A stretch of DNA of 43,256 bases. Source: Octopus sinensis (lineage: Eukaryota). The notes below the pieces were generated by a model, which made no database searches, was not told where the DNA came from, and saw only the letters and a list, made by a program, of their open reading frames with translations. The DNA lies in assembly GCF_006345805.1 (NCBI RefSeq), contig NW_021835758.1:1-43256 (forward strand), in the 5' to 3' direction. Positions 11,604 to 22,465 of the stretch are shown here, one piece after another. The position numbers were made by a program, and so were the translations under genes. Numbering within the stretch: position 1 is the stretch's first letter; every line of letters begins with the position of its first letter.

Positions 11604-12197
11604 GGCGCAGGAGTGCCTCCAACTATAGCCTCTGGACAGCCAATGCCTTGTCAGTGGATTTGGTGGAAGGAAACTGAAAGAAGCCCGTCGTATATCTATA
11701 TAGGTGCAGGAGTGTTGTGAGGTAAGAAGCGTGTTTCCCAGCCATACGGTTCCAGGTTCAGTCCCACTTCGTGGAACCTTGGCAACTGTCTTCCACTATA
11801 GCTTCTGGACGACTAAAGCCTTGTCAGTGGATTCAGTGGAAGGAAACTGAAAGAAGCCCGTCGCATATCTATATAGGTGCAGGAGTGTTGTGAGGTAAGA
11901 AGCGTGTTTCCCAGCCATACGGTTCCAGGTTCAGTCCCACTTCGTGGCACCTTGGCAACTGTCTTCTACTATAGCCCCTGGACGACCAAAGCATTTTCAG
12001 TGGATTTGGTGGAAGGAAACTGAAATAAGCCCGTCGTATATCTGTATAGGTGCAGGAGCGGTTGTGTGGTAAGAAGCTTGTTTCCCAGCTACGCGGTTCC
12101 AGGTTCAGTCCCACTGCGTGGCACCTACTATAGTCTCAGGATGACTAAAGACTTGTCTGTGGATTTGGTAGTTGGAAACTGAAAGAAGCCCGTCGTG

Positions 12198-12242
<45 letters not shown>

Positions 12243-12430
12243 TTGTCTGTGTTTGTCCCCCACCATCGCTTGATAACGGATGCTGATGTGTTTACGTCCC
12301 CGTAACTTAGCGGTTCGGCATTAAGAGACGATAGAATGAGTACTAGGCTTATAAAGAATAAGTCCTGGGGTCGATTTGTTCCACTAAACGCGGTCAAATG
12401 ACTGAAACAAATAAAAGAAAAGAATAAAAA
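11604..12430 (+). mobile_element. Tandem array of the SINE-B 5' half (173-bp period) ending in a complete 3' half
   Basis: taggtgcaggag unit starts at 11701, 11874 and 12047; partial unit from 11604; SINE-B tail at about 12390-12425. Confidence 0.9.
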
Positions 12431-12464
12431 GAATATAGTTATATATATGTGTGAGTGTCTTTGA

Positions 12465-12670
12465 GTCTCCGTTTTCTCCCCCATCCAGTCTGACAACCGC
12501 TGTTGGTTCGGTTACATTTCCCTTTAACCTACCGTTTCGATAAAAGACCTATAGAATAAGTCCCAAGCTTTAGAAAGTACTGATTTCGATTCCTATGACT
12601 AACATATTTCATGGTGGTGCCCCAGCATGGGCGCAGTTTCATGACTGAAACAAGTAAAAGATAAAGATAA
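12465..12670 (+). mobile_element. Diverged SINE-B 3' half
   Basis: ggtggtgccccagcatgggcgcag...atgactgaaacaagtaaaaga tail. Confidence 0.75.
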
Positions 12671-12995
12671 ATATAAACAAAGAATAAAAGCTGGAGTCCC
12701 TCGGGGAAGGATGCTGAGTTCTGATGTTTAAAGATGGAACTTTATTCAAATCGAAGAAGGGCCGGCATCATTGCGCCCTTTAATTCCCAGCCCTACGTCT
12801 TTTCAAGGGTTCGCTTTACCAGCACTGCGCCTCCTCAGTGGCTTAACCTACGCTGTGACTCTTGATTGCTTCTATCAACGCTGCATCTTTTGACTGATGT
12901 AACTAACACAGAATCTCTTAGCTACTTTAATCATAACTGCACCTCTTAACTGTTTTACATTTTTTAGGTACCTTAAACAATATTGCACTTCTTGT

Positions 12996-13257
12996 TGGCC
13001 TTATCCAAGACTGCAACTGTTACTTAGTTAGTTAGTTAATTTGGCTCAAAAGCAAATAGCAAGGCCATGTAGGGGGACATGGAGTTAAGTACAGGGTGGT
13101 GTTCATGTAAAGAGTTCAGGCCACTTGAGCTCTTTACATGAACACCACCCTGTACTTAACTCCATGTCCCCCTACATGGCCTTGCTATTTGCTTTTGAGC
13201 CAAATTAACTAACTAACTAACTAAGTAACAGTTGCAGTCTTGGATAAGGCCATACTT
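12996..13257. mobile_element. Fold-back (palindromic) CR1 family-1 insertion
   Basis: Arms 12996-13114 and 13130-13252, 15-nt spacer; TACTT direct repeats at 13021 and 13253. Confidence 0.9.
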
Positions 13258-13501
13258 GCCTTAACCGTAACCGTAACCATACCTCAGAATTGCCTGCATT
13301 TTTTTATCTGTCTTATCACTGCATCTCTTGACCGACTAAGGCACCAGTTTGGTGCCGTAGCCAATATTGCGCCTCTTTGCTTCCTTTACGAAAAACGTCA
13401 GCTCTCAATTGCCTTTACCAAACCTGCATCTCTTAACTGCCTTAGTGAACTCAACAACTTTTCAATGTCTTTTCCAACAGAACAGTCCCTGAGAGCTTTA
13501 A

Positions 13502-13678
13502 CCCCTTACCCGGCAGAAACGAATATATGCGTTTTGACCTAAATCGTTTTTTTCTATCTCTGGCGAGTTAACTCGTCAAAAGATAGATTCGCCAAAATCG
13601 ACAATTAAAAAATAAAACAATTAAAAAAATATGTCTGAAAAAATACATTTATTTTCATAATAATTGTTGGGTAAGGGG
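13502..13678. mobile_element. piggyBac-type MITE
   Basis: TTAA-CCCCTTACCC ... GGGTAAGGGG-TTAA: perfect 10-bp TIRs with TTAA duplication; 177 bp. Confidence 0.85.
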
Positions 13679-14404
13679 TTAAACAATTCCACAAAACTAA
13701 ATTGCTTTAAACTTGAATGCACTTTCTTGGTGCCTTAAAAACCACAGCAGCCATTTTCAGAAATGAAGGAATACGTATACAGTCGCACAATGGGCAAAAG
13801 AAGGCCTTTTCGTGAACATTCACAAATGATTTTGTCTTTCCTTAGAAAAGTGAACATTCACCGGGGTGGGCATATGTTTTATTAATTAAAATTGTTTCAG
13901 GAATCAATTTTTGATCTTTAAAGTGGTCTGTCTCGAAGACTTGAGTTGGTTTTTTTGATATTCTGGCGATTGAAGATCACAAGTTGGCAAATCAAAGGAA
14001 AATTGAACTACGAAATGTACCGAGATTCTAAACTGATGAAACGTGTCAAGTTGTTCTGTAGCCTTAAGTATATACTACTTTGTAATGGGTGTATAATCTA
14101 TCTTTTGTTATGTAATAACATAAACAGATCCGCACAGGCAGGCAGAAGAGGATCAACTGTGATGTCTGTAACTGCAAAAAGAAAAAAAAAAACCTTACGA
14201 ATCGAATGCTCACATGATACGATTAAACTACAAAAAGAATGTCGAAATGGAATGTTTATTGTAAATTTTGCTCAACAGGATTTCTGAAATAAAATTAGTT
14301 TCTATTTCGTGTTTATTGGTAGAGATGATGATGATGATGATGATTATCATGGTTACTCACTTAACATTGATAAAATACATCAATTCTTTATTATTCTGCA
14401 GCAG

Positions 14405-14584
14405 AAATTTCCCATACCGGACGAGATAGTGAAGATGCCTACGATCGCTCGGTTCAAAGTCTCCCTTGACCACAAATGGCCTGAACTCTTTGCATGAATA
14501 CCACCCTGTACATAACTTCATGTCCCCCTACATGGCCTTGCTTTTTGCTTTTTGAGCCAAAAAATTAACTTAACTTAACTTAAC
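14405..14584 (+). mobile_element. CR1 family-1 3' end, (TTAAC)n-tail subfamily
   Basis: PDEIVKMPTIARFKVSLDHKWPELFA* followed by the UTR and (TTAAC)n. Confidence 0.9.
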
Positions 14585-14799
14585 ATCTTTATGTGTACAG
14601 AATACAAAGCATTGATCTTCGTCTTTATTAATAGAGTAATATAATCGTGGATATAATTTTAACAGAGTAAAATATTGCTACGAAGTGTTTAAAGGCTTGT
14701 TGGCATTCTGGTGTATTGTGAAGTCCTCTCACTGTCTTGTTGTATCAATTAAATTACATTTAAAGAACGAAAGGAGCTGATTTGACGAAGTTCAGATTT

Positions 14800-15080
14800 T
14801 TTGGCACTCAGCCATTGTTCAAACAATCAGCAAAGTGGGCTGGACATTAGCCCCTATATTGTACATACAACTGGGCACTGGTGTCCTTCAATCTCATCTT
14901 GATCGGACCAATGAAGGACTGTGTTCATGGACAATGATTTAATGACACAGATGAGATGAAATGGATGAGAAGAACTGAACGCAGCATACAACAGCGTGAA
15001 TTTTTCAAACAGGGTCCGAGAGTTGGATCCAATGATGGTGCAGATGCATCACTTGTGATGGAGACTATGAGAAAGAATAG
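14800..15080 (+). pseudogene. Decayed mariner transposase C-terminus
   Basis: Frames give IGPMKDCVHGQ*FNDTDEMK and WCRCITCDGDYEKE*, matching the mariner LFGPLK..F...EV...W.KC....GDY motifs. Confidence 0.6.
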
Positions 15081-15276
15081 CTTTGAAAAGAGGATGGGTT
15101 ACTCTTACGAAGATGAGCAAATGGAACGACCTGGGTTAGGCTTGCCTACTTTTGTATTACTTTCGGTTGATCACTTGTATGTAAGAGCTATGACACATGC
15201 ATATATATGTGTGTGTATATATACATACATTATATATATATATATATAATATACATATATATATATATATTATATA

Positions 15277-15331
<55 letters not shown>

Positions 15332-15337
<6 letters not shown>

Positions 15338-15605
15338 ATACATACAATATTAGACATGTACATATATGCACAAGGGTACTACATGAGTACCTAAATCGCT
15401 CAAGATGGAAGTCAAAAAATACTTCTGTACCACCGAATAGTCACAAATCTATTACAGACAAGAGAGGAAAAATATCAGTGAACAATAATAATGTCTTACC
15501 TCAAATGGGTCAGAAAAAGTAGATACTGGTCAACCTGGTACTTGGTACTCATGTAGTACCCTTGTGTATATATATGCACATGTCTAATATTGTATGTATA
15601 TATTT
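15332..15605. repeat. Inverted repeat, ~60-bp arms and ~150-bp spacer
   Basis: aaatatatacatacaatattagacatgt...caagggtactacatgagtacc and its reverse complement at 15544-15605. Confidence 0.8.
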
Positions 15606-15697
15606 TATTACTTTGCCTGTACGGCTGATAATTCGCTTACCACTTGTGATGGTATTTTAATAATACCATCCCTATATTTATATATGCATATACTATT

Positions 15698-16081
15698 TAC
15701 TCTTTTACTTGTTTCAGTCATTGGACTGCGGCCATGCTGGAGCACCGCCTTTAATCGAGCAACTCGACCCCAGGACTTATTCTTTTGTAAGCCCAGTACT
15801 TATTCTATCGGTCTCTTTTGCCGAACCGCTAAGTAACGGGGACATAAACACACCAGCATCGGTTGTCAAGCAATGCTAGGGGGACAAACACAAACACACA
15901 CACGCTTATATATACATATACATATATACGACGGGCTTCTTTCAGTTTCCGTCTACCAAATCCACTCACAAGGCATTGGTCGGTCCGAAGCTATAGTAGA
16001 AGACACTTGTCCAAGATGGGACTGAACCTGGAACCATGTGGTTGGTTAGCAAGCTACTTACCACACAGCCACCCCTGCGCC
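15698..16081 (-). mobile_element. SINE-B, near full length
   Basis: Reverse complement of the 6942 copy, with a small deletion in the head/CORE junction. Confidence 0.9.
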
Positions 16082-16097
16082 TATATATATAATATAT

Positions 16098-16130
<33 letters not shown>

Positions 16131-16574
16131 GCCACAGAGCTCCCAAAACTGGGCACCGACATTTAAACATTGTCCGTCCAGCCTAATTAAGTGATCTATG
16201 AAGAAAACGAAACGATACCAAAGTAAGCGATCTCCGCAAACACTTTCCACTTTACTAGAAAGAAGAACAACATCAGAATAACGAGACTCAGATAAATGAG
16301 ATTCACAATCGAAAATGACAAATGTGCATTCCCATCAGCAGCTGCCCAAACAGATATCACTATCGTTTCAACACCTGAGCAGCACCATTCTATCCGATCG
16401 TGTCAACAGCGTAAAAATTATCAAATTTATCTCGAAATCCACCAGCTTATTATTGCAAGTAATAACATAAGAATAAGCGAATAGTGATAACTGATGGCTA
16501 CAAAATAGAACTAAACCCAAAATGGACATTCAGACACTACAATTGACGTCCACAACTTGATGCGTTGCTGCTGT

Positions 16575-16917
16575 TGCTGTTGCTGTTGAGCGGTCCGAAC
16601 CGTGGTCCTTTGCTATTGGTCAGACCCGCAGAAGAGAAAGCAGGTCAACCCCCGACACCGAGAGCATCGACGGATGGATGAATGCGCATCCAGGCTCAGC
16701 GGTTGCGTTGGAAGTCGGGGATAAGAAACAGGAAGAAAGAGTGAGAGGAAGTTGGAGCGAAAGAGTACAACAGGGGTCGCCACCACCCCCTGCCGGAGCC
16801 TCGTGGAGCTTTAGGTGTTTTCGTTCAATAAACACACACAACGCCCGGTCTGGGAATCGAAACCGCGATCCTCCGATCGCGAGTCCGCTGCCCTAACCAC
16901 TGGGCCACTGCGCATCC
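16575..16917 (-). mobile_element. SINE-C (tRNA-Arg-like head), tail type 1
   Basis: Head gcgcagtggcccagtggttagggcagcggactcgcgatcggaggatcgcggtttcgattccc; ends in caacag repeats. Confidence 0.85.
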
Positions 16918-17254
16918 ATGCGTTGCTGCTCAATCAACTTTACACCTTGAATAGGATATCACACTCCAAAAGAAGCTTAATATCAATAGAGTACATCTGG
17001 AACTATCTACAAAGAAACGGACAAGATAAGAACAATGTCTATGAAACATATTGAATGTATGTATGCATATGAGCACACCATAAGCCCTGAGCGTTGGCAC
17101 AAAGCGAACCTGCTGCGTCATTTAAGGACGTCTCAGACGAGCAGAATCAAACAAAACAGTTATAGCAGACCATATCTAATGCATTGGTAGTCATTAGAAA
17201 TTCTATTGATATATCAAGTAATGTTAAAATTAAAATACCCCCCTCCTCCTCCTA

Positions 17255-17282
17255 CTACTACTACTACTACAACTACTACTAT

Positions 17283-17313
<31 letters not shown>

Positions 17314-17428
17314 GCTACTCAGTCTAACTTGCTCGGGTTGATTCTGTAAGAGCGGACAACAACCTGTTGTTAAACTCTCCCACGGGGTTTCTTTTCGCAA
17401 ATTAATTAATTTTTTATTAATTTATTAC

Positions 17429-17474
<46 letters not shown>

Positions 17475-17765
17475 TTATTTTTATTTTTGTATTAGTACTA
17501 TTATTATTATTATTATTTTTATATATTATTATTATTATTATTATATTATTTTTTAATATAATAATTATTATTTTATTATTATTATTATTATTTTATTATT
17601 TATATTATTATTATTATTATTATTTTATTATTATTATTATTATTTTATTTTTATAATAATAATAATAATTATATTATTATTATTATTATTATTATTGTCG
17701 TTGTTGTTGTTGTTATTATTATTACTAATACTACTATTATTATTATTATTATTATTATTATCATT
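17255..17765. repeat. (TAC)n and long (ATT)n microsatellites
   Basis: Direct reading. Confidence 0.9.
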
Positions 17766-18332
17766 AATATTGTTATTGTGTGAGAGAGCAGCGCATGTCA
17801 TCAGTGTAACACTGGGTTACAAATATACGAAACCCAAAATACCCATCATAACTGCCCGTGTTATAAGGGTACACCAGGCATATGCATCACAAGCATATGT
17901 GCGCGACATGGTGGTCTCCTATCAAGATAAATCGCGCATGACATTGCAGGTGGTGCCCAGATAGAATTTTCATCAACTCGCGTAACCCATCCTGCTCAAA
18001 CGGTCCTTGAATAACTGGCTCAATCCATCTTTTTGTTTTTAGCTCTGCTGGGCATCTAGTAATCCTAAGCCTGCCGAGAATGCCAGTTTAATCAGTGGCG
18101 ACCCGACCATGCAACAGGATGTACTGGTTTATAGTAAAACCAAAAGTGTTAAGTTTAAATTTGTCCAAGTGCACAATGTTCTCGATGTTCAGTGATGGTC
18201 ATTCTTGGTAACGAGAGGACAGCCATCATCATTGTATGAAAGTATGTATAAACGTTTATATAAATGTACGTAAGTATATATGTATATGCATAAGTGTGTA
18301 TGTATGCTGTTGTGCTTGTGTGTATGTCTGTA

Positions 18333-18367
<35 letters not shown>

Positions 18368-18440
18368 AGAGGTGTGCATGTAGTTATGGATCTTTCTCTC
18401 TTCTGAGCGTGTGTGTGTATGTATGTGTGTATGTATTGTG

Positions 18441-18471
<31 letters not shown>

Positions 18472-18578
18472 TGTGTGTGTGTGTGTGTGTAGTTGAAATT
18501 TATAGCAAAATAAAAAACGAGGATAGTTGCATGAACAACAAATTGGTGTATCAGTTTGACGTTCTGGAAAATGAAAGT

Positions 18579-18614
18579 CTTTTACGTTTCGAGCCTACGC
18601 TCTTTAACAGAAAG
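18579..18614 (-). ncRNA. Degenerate minimal hammerhead-like motif in a pLTR-like remnant (18491-18660)
   Basis: CTTT-CTGTTAA-A-GAGC-GTAG-GCTC-GAAA-CG-TA-AAAG; the core carries two changes. Confidence 0.5.
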
Positions 18615-18711
18615 GAATAAGAGAAAATAAACAGGCAATGAAAAAATCCTGTAGATTTAGCAGTCAAGCATGGTGGCCTTATATATATATATATAATATA
18701 TACATACATAA

Positions 18712-18860
18712 ATGTGTAATGGTGTCTGTCTGTATGTTTGGGGTTACTCTAACTCCTCCCACACTGTCCAACGGATTTTAATGATTTTTGGCACATGGGT
18801 AGATCACATGCCCTGCAGTTCAAATAAGGCCGGAAGTTTTCGAAAACTCGCCAATGCTCA
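18712..18860 (+). mobile_element. Helitron/DINE-like non-autonomous fragment
   Basis: tgtctgtctgtatgtttg...actcctcccacactgtccaacggattttaatgatttttggcaca resembles DINE/HINE-type core blocks (recalled resemblance only). Confidence 0.35.
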
Positions 18861-19119
18861 GATGGCATCGATTTTTGTGAGCTCAGTCGGGCGTTTGAAT
18901 GGAAATTCCCATAACGATGTTATTTTTCATGCAGCTCATGGCTATGAGTTGATGTCAGTATATGGCGTTGATTACGCCTGAGCAGTGGTTTATAAAATCA
19001 ATTGGCTTTTTGCGTGCAAATACCTTTAGGGATTTTAGTTTTGGCCGTAACTTTTATATTTTCATGTAAATGGTCACATGGATCCTATTTTATGACATAA
19101 CCATAACACTTCGAACCAG

Positions 19120-19370
19120 GTGTAACATATTGAGAGACAAATTAATATCTCAAATTGAGCGCCTAGGCGAGGGCCTTCCGAATTGGTTTCAATAGGATGG
19201 GGCTCCTACCCATTTTGCCACAACTGTTAGAGATTGGCTTAATGGCACTTTTCCTCAGTGGATTGGAAGAAGGGCTCATATGGAAAGGTCCCCTCGTTCA
19301 CCATACCTTTCTCCCCTTGATTTATTTTTCTGGGGTATGTTGAAAGAGAAAGATTACAATAAAGATTAGA
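19120..19370 (+). pseudogene. Tc1/mariner-superfamily transposase fragment, DD40D spacing
   Basis: FQ*DGAPTHFATTVRDWLNGTFPQWIGRR...SPRSPYLSPLDLFFWG; D codons at 19196 and 19319. Confidence 0.85.
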
Positions 19371-19417
19371 TATCTATCTATCTATCTATATATATATATA
19401 TCTATACACACACACAC

Positions 19418-19449
<32 letters not shown>

Positions 19450-19464
19450 CATATATATAAATAT

Positions 19465-20035
19465 CTTTTTTTTTCTAGTTTCATCTCAGAGCTGCGGCCA
19501 TGCTGATGCACCGCCGTTTTGTGCTACACTGTTATTACGACGAACCTCGTCTAATATGTGGCTCTTGGTGAAGAATGGAGTTTGATATAGCTACTCTCAT
19601 TTACACCTCTTGCCGTGAGCTAGGTTCATCTGGGACTCTTGACAGGAAGACGTCCAGCTTTGATTTAAAAACCGCTACATCTACTTTGTGCAAGTTCCTC
19701 TGACTCTTTGGGAGAATATTAAAAAGCTGTGGTCCCTTGAAACCCAGGCTGTTGCAGAAGCTGGTTCTGAAGCGTGATGGCATTGCTGGGATCTTTGGCA
19801 CTATGCAGTGTCGTCCCGTTCTGGCATTGGTGTAGCTTTCAATGCCAAAATCTGGCACAATTCCTTCCAGGATTTTCCATATATATATATTACTGCATAC
19901 CTCTCCCGTCTTCTCTCCAGGGAGTAGAGTCTCAGCTGTTTCAACCTTTCCCAGTAGCTAAGCTGTTGCAAAGAGACGATCTTCTTTGTGAATCTTCTCT
20001 GGATTGCTTGAAGGTCCGCTGTTAATTTTACACTG
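19465..20035 (-). mobile_element. CR1-clade LINE 3' end, family 2
   Basis: LQAIQRRFTKKIV...YWERLKQLRLYSLERRRERY...GPQLFNILP...FKSKLDVFLSRVPDEP; the UTR ends ggcggtgcatcagcatggccgcag...gaaactag(A)n. Confidence 0.92.
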
Positions 20036-20114
20036 GTGGGTGACCATAGCTGTGAGCAGCTATGTCTATATATATATATATCTATATATCTATATATATA
20101 TATCTATACAATAA

Positions 20115-20785
20115 TAGAAATATTAAAATTACTAAGTCTCTATAAAAGAGATTACGTCAGCGTTTACTGGAAATTAATTGTTATCGCCATATTAATATGG
20201 CATTCTTATAGATATAAGAATAATCGCTGCCGCTGGTCAGCTCCATGAGGCTACCACCTTAAGATAGCTATTGATACACGATCTGTATCCATTATAACCT
20301 TCGAACAAGGGAGGTCAGCCGCTTCACACTGCCAGTCCGACAGCTACAGACGCGTTTCGGGGTATTGCCCCTTGTCAATGTAGCGCAGTCAGACCCCGCA
20401 GGTGTCGCCACTGACGTCTCTGTTCGAAGGTTCTATTTACTAGTTTCAGTGGAATACATCCACTTGTTTTCAATATAGAAATATAAAATTACTAAGTCTC
20501 TATAAAAGAGATTACGGCAGCGTTTACTGGAAATTAATTGTTATCGCCATATTAATATGGCATTCTTAAAGATATAAGGATAATCGCTGCGGCAATACCG
20601 CGAAACGCGTCTGTAGCTGTCGGACTGGCAGTGTGAAGCGGCTGACCTCCCTTGCTCGAAGGTTATAATGGATACAGATCGTGTATCAATAGCTATCTTA
20701 AGGCGGTAGCCTCATGGAGCTGACCAGCGGCAGCGATTATTCTTATATATATAAGAATGCCATATCAATATGGCGATAACAATTA
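20115..20785. mobile_element. Penelope-pLTR/retrozyme-like repeat: 360-bp unit, partial tandem copy, inverted copy
   Basis: 20115-20230 repeats at +360; 20591-20785 is the reverse complement of about 20175-20369. Confidence 0.85.
20343..20384 (-). ncRNA. Type I hammerhead, U3-A8 core variant
   Basis: GCTACA-TTGACAA-GGGG-CAATA-CCCC-GAAA-CGCG-TC-TGTAGC: perfect stems I and II, palindromic ACGCGT stem III. Confidence 0.85.
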
Positions 20786-20809
20786 TATCTATACATATAT
20801 ATATATATA

Positions 20810-21160
20810 CTAGCAGTATCGCCCGGCGTTGCTCGGGTTTGTAAGGGAAATAACTATAAATCATTTTTAGAGAGTTATAGCCAAAAAATGGAAAAAAAAA
20901 TGATGGTAAATTTTTTTAGTTAAAAGGTCGAGTTGCGTCCCCTAGACAGTCTGTGGTTTTGTGTTCTGATTCTCGACCCCATGTCGAATTTATCGATTTT
21001 TTTCAGAACTGGGGGAACTTTTCAAAATTTTCGCCGCTGCGTTAGTTTTGAATTATGACATTGGGCTATGTGTGTGTCAAGTTTCATCAGAATCGGTTGA
21101 AAGACGTGGTCGGGTGAGGGTACAACCAACAGACACACAGAAACACACACACAAACTGCC

Positions 21161-21165
<5 letters not shown>
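20810..21165 (-). mobile_element. Non-autonomous Helitron-like element
   Basis: The minus-strand 3' end reads cccg-agcaacgc-cggg hairpin, gatactg, CTAG; the 5' end runs into a TA tract. Confidence 0.7.
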
Positions 21166-21205
<40 letters not shown>

Positions 21206-21419
21206 CAATCTATTATCTATATTATATATATATAATATATATATATCATCTATCTATCTTATATATATGTATATATCTATATATATCTATCTATATATAT
21301 ATCTATGTATATATATAATATTTATGTATATATATCTATTATATATATTATATGTATATATATATATATAATATATATATCTATGTATATATATATGTAT
21401 ATATATACAAGATAAGAAA

Positions 21420-22260
21420 ATGGAGAAATACATCTAAATCAATATCAATTACCAGATAATACTCAATCACATACTTTTATTAAACCACCACATAAGAGAC
21501 TGTAGGGTTAAATATAAAAAGCAGAACAAATCAGTGTACATAAAGGAATGTACATAAAAAAGTATACATAAAAGAGTAATGTTGTATAATAAGTAGAATA
21601 TATATAAAAGAGAATATAAATATAAGTAAATATAAATATAAGTATAGATTACATCTTACAGCTGTTTCGGCCATGTCGATAAGTATGTCTCATTTTACCA
21701 ATATTAACTCTTTATAGTTGGTCAATATATAGATATAAATGAGACATTTGCAAAAATATCATAAGGCGTCTTCGGAGATTATGTAATATAAATCAGTCTA
21801 CATATATACCCAGAAGGGTGTGGGTGCATACCCATACTACAACATATACATATACATATGAGTGCATATACTCACACTCTTATACATATAAAAATATACA
21901 TTTACATAATGATATAAATAAATAATATAAATTAGTACACATATATATGTGTTCTACATCCAATGTCTCAGTTTTTCGACTGAATATTGTGATAATAAAC
22001 ATACACAAATTAGTACCTAGATGCAAATATACACAGTCAATAGTACATTATATTGCTTCATACTAATTTCTAAAGTGTCATTAAAGTTAGCATCATTATC
22101 ATTGTCAAAACAATTAATGTTATCATTATTATCATTCATAATATTATTAATAAAGCTTACATTAGGATCAAGAGCGGTATATATTTATATCCGGGTTCCA
22201 GTTAGTAATTTTCCTTATGACATAAATACACTATTGGATAACCCCTATCTCAATTTGTAT
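21420..22260 (-). mobile_element. Penelope-like 3' remnant (possible ORF end, UTR, hammerhead)
   Basis: Minus strand near 22200-22260 reads CIYVIRKITNWNPDIN, reminiscent of PLE GIY-YIG C-termini; a hammerhead-like motif lies downstream on the same strand. Confidence 0.4.
21650..21785 (-). ncRNA. Degenerate hammerhead with long stem II
   Basis: tacat..tct-CCGAAGA-CGCC-[~90-nt hairpin]-GGCC-GAAA-CAGCTG-TA-AGATGTA; ACAGCTGT palindrome. Confidence 0.55.
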
Positions 22261-22309
22261 ATATATATATATATATGTAGATATATATCTATGTAAATAT
22301 ATATTATAT

Positions 22310-22422
22310 ATAATATATGTCTATCTATCTATCTATCATCTATATTCTATCTATCTATCTATCATCTATCTATCTATCTATCTATCTAGCTATATGTCTA
22401 TCTATCTATCTATCTATCACTA

Positions 22423-22465
<43 letters not shown>

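Noticed and set aside
11604-12196. Regularly spaced repeats suggestive of a CRISPR array
   Set aside because: Whole 173-bp units repeat with no unique spacers; SINE-derived; eukaryotic context; no cas genes.
12790-12850. CTGAGGAG…GAAAAGACGTAGGGCT (minus) upstream of AATAAA
   Set aside because: Stems II and III do not pair properly; possibly an old pLTR but not supportable.
14120-14260. Cys-containing stretch (CDVC…CSH…KEC) resembling a piggyBac C-terminal domain
   Set aside because: Needs a frameshift and lacks several cysteines; insufficient support.
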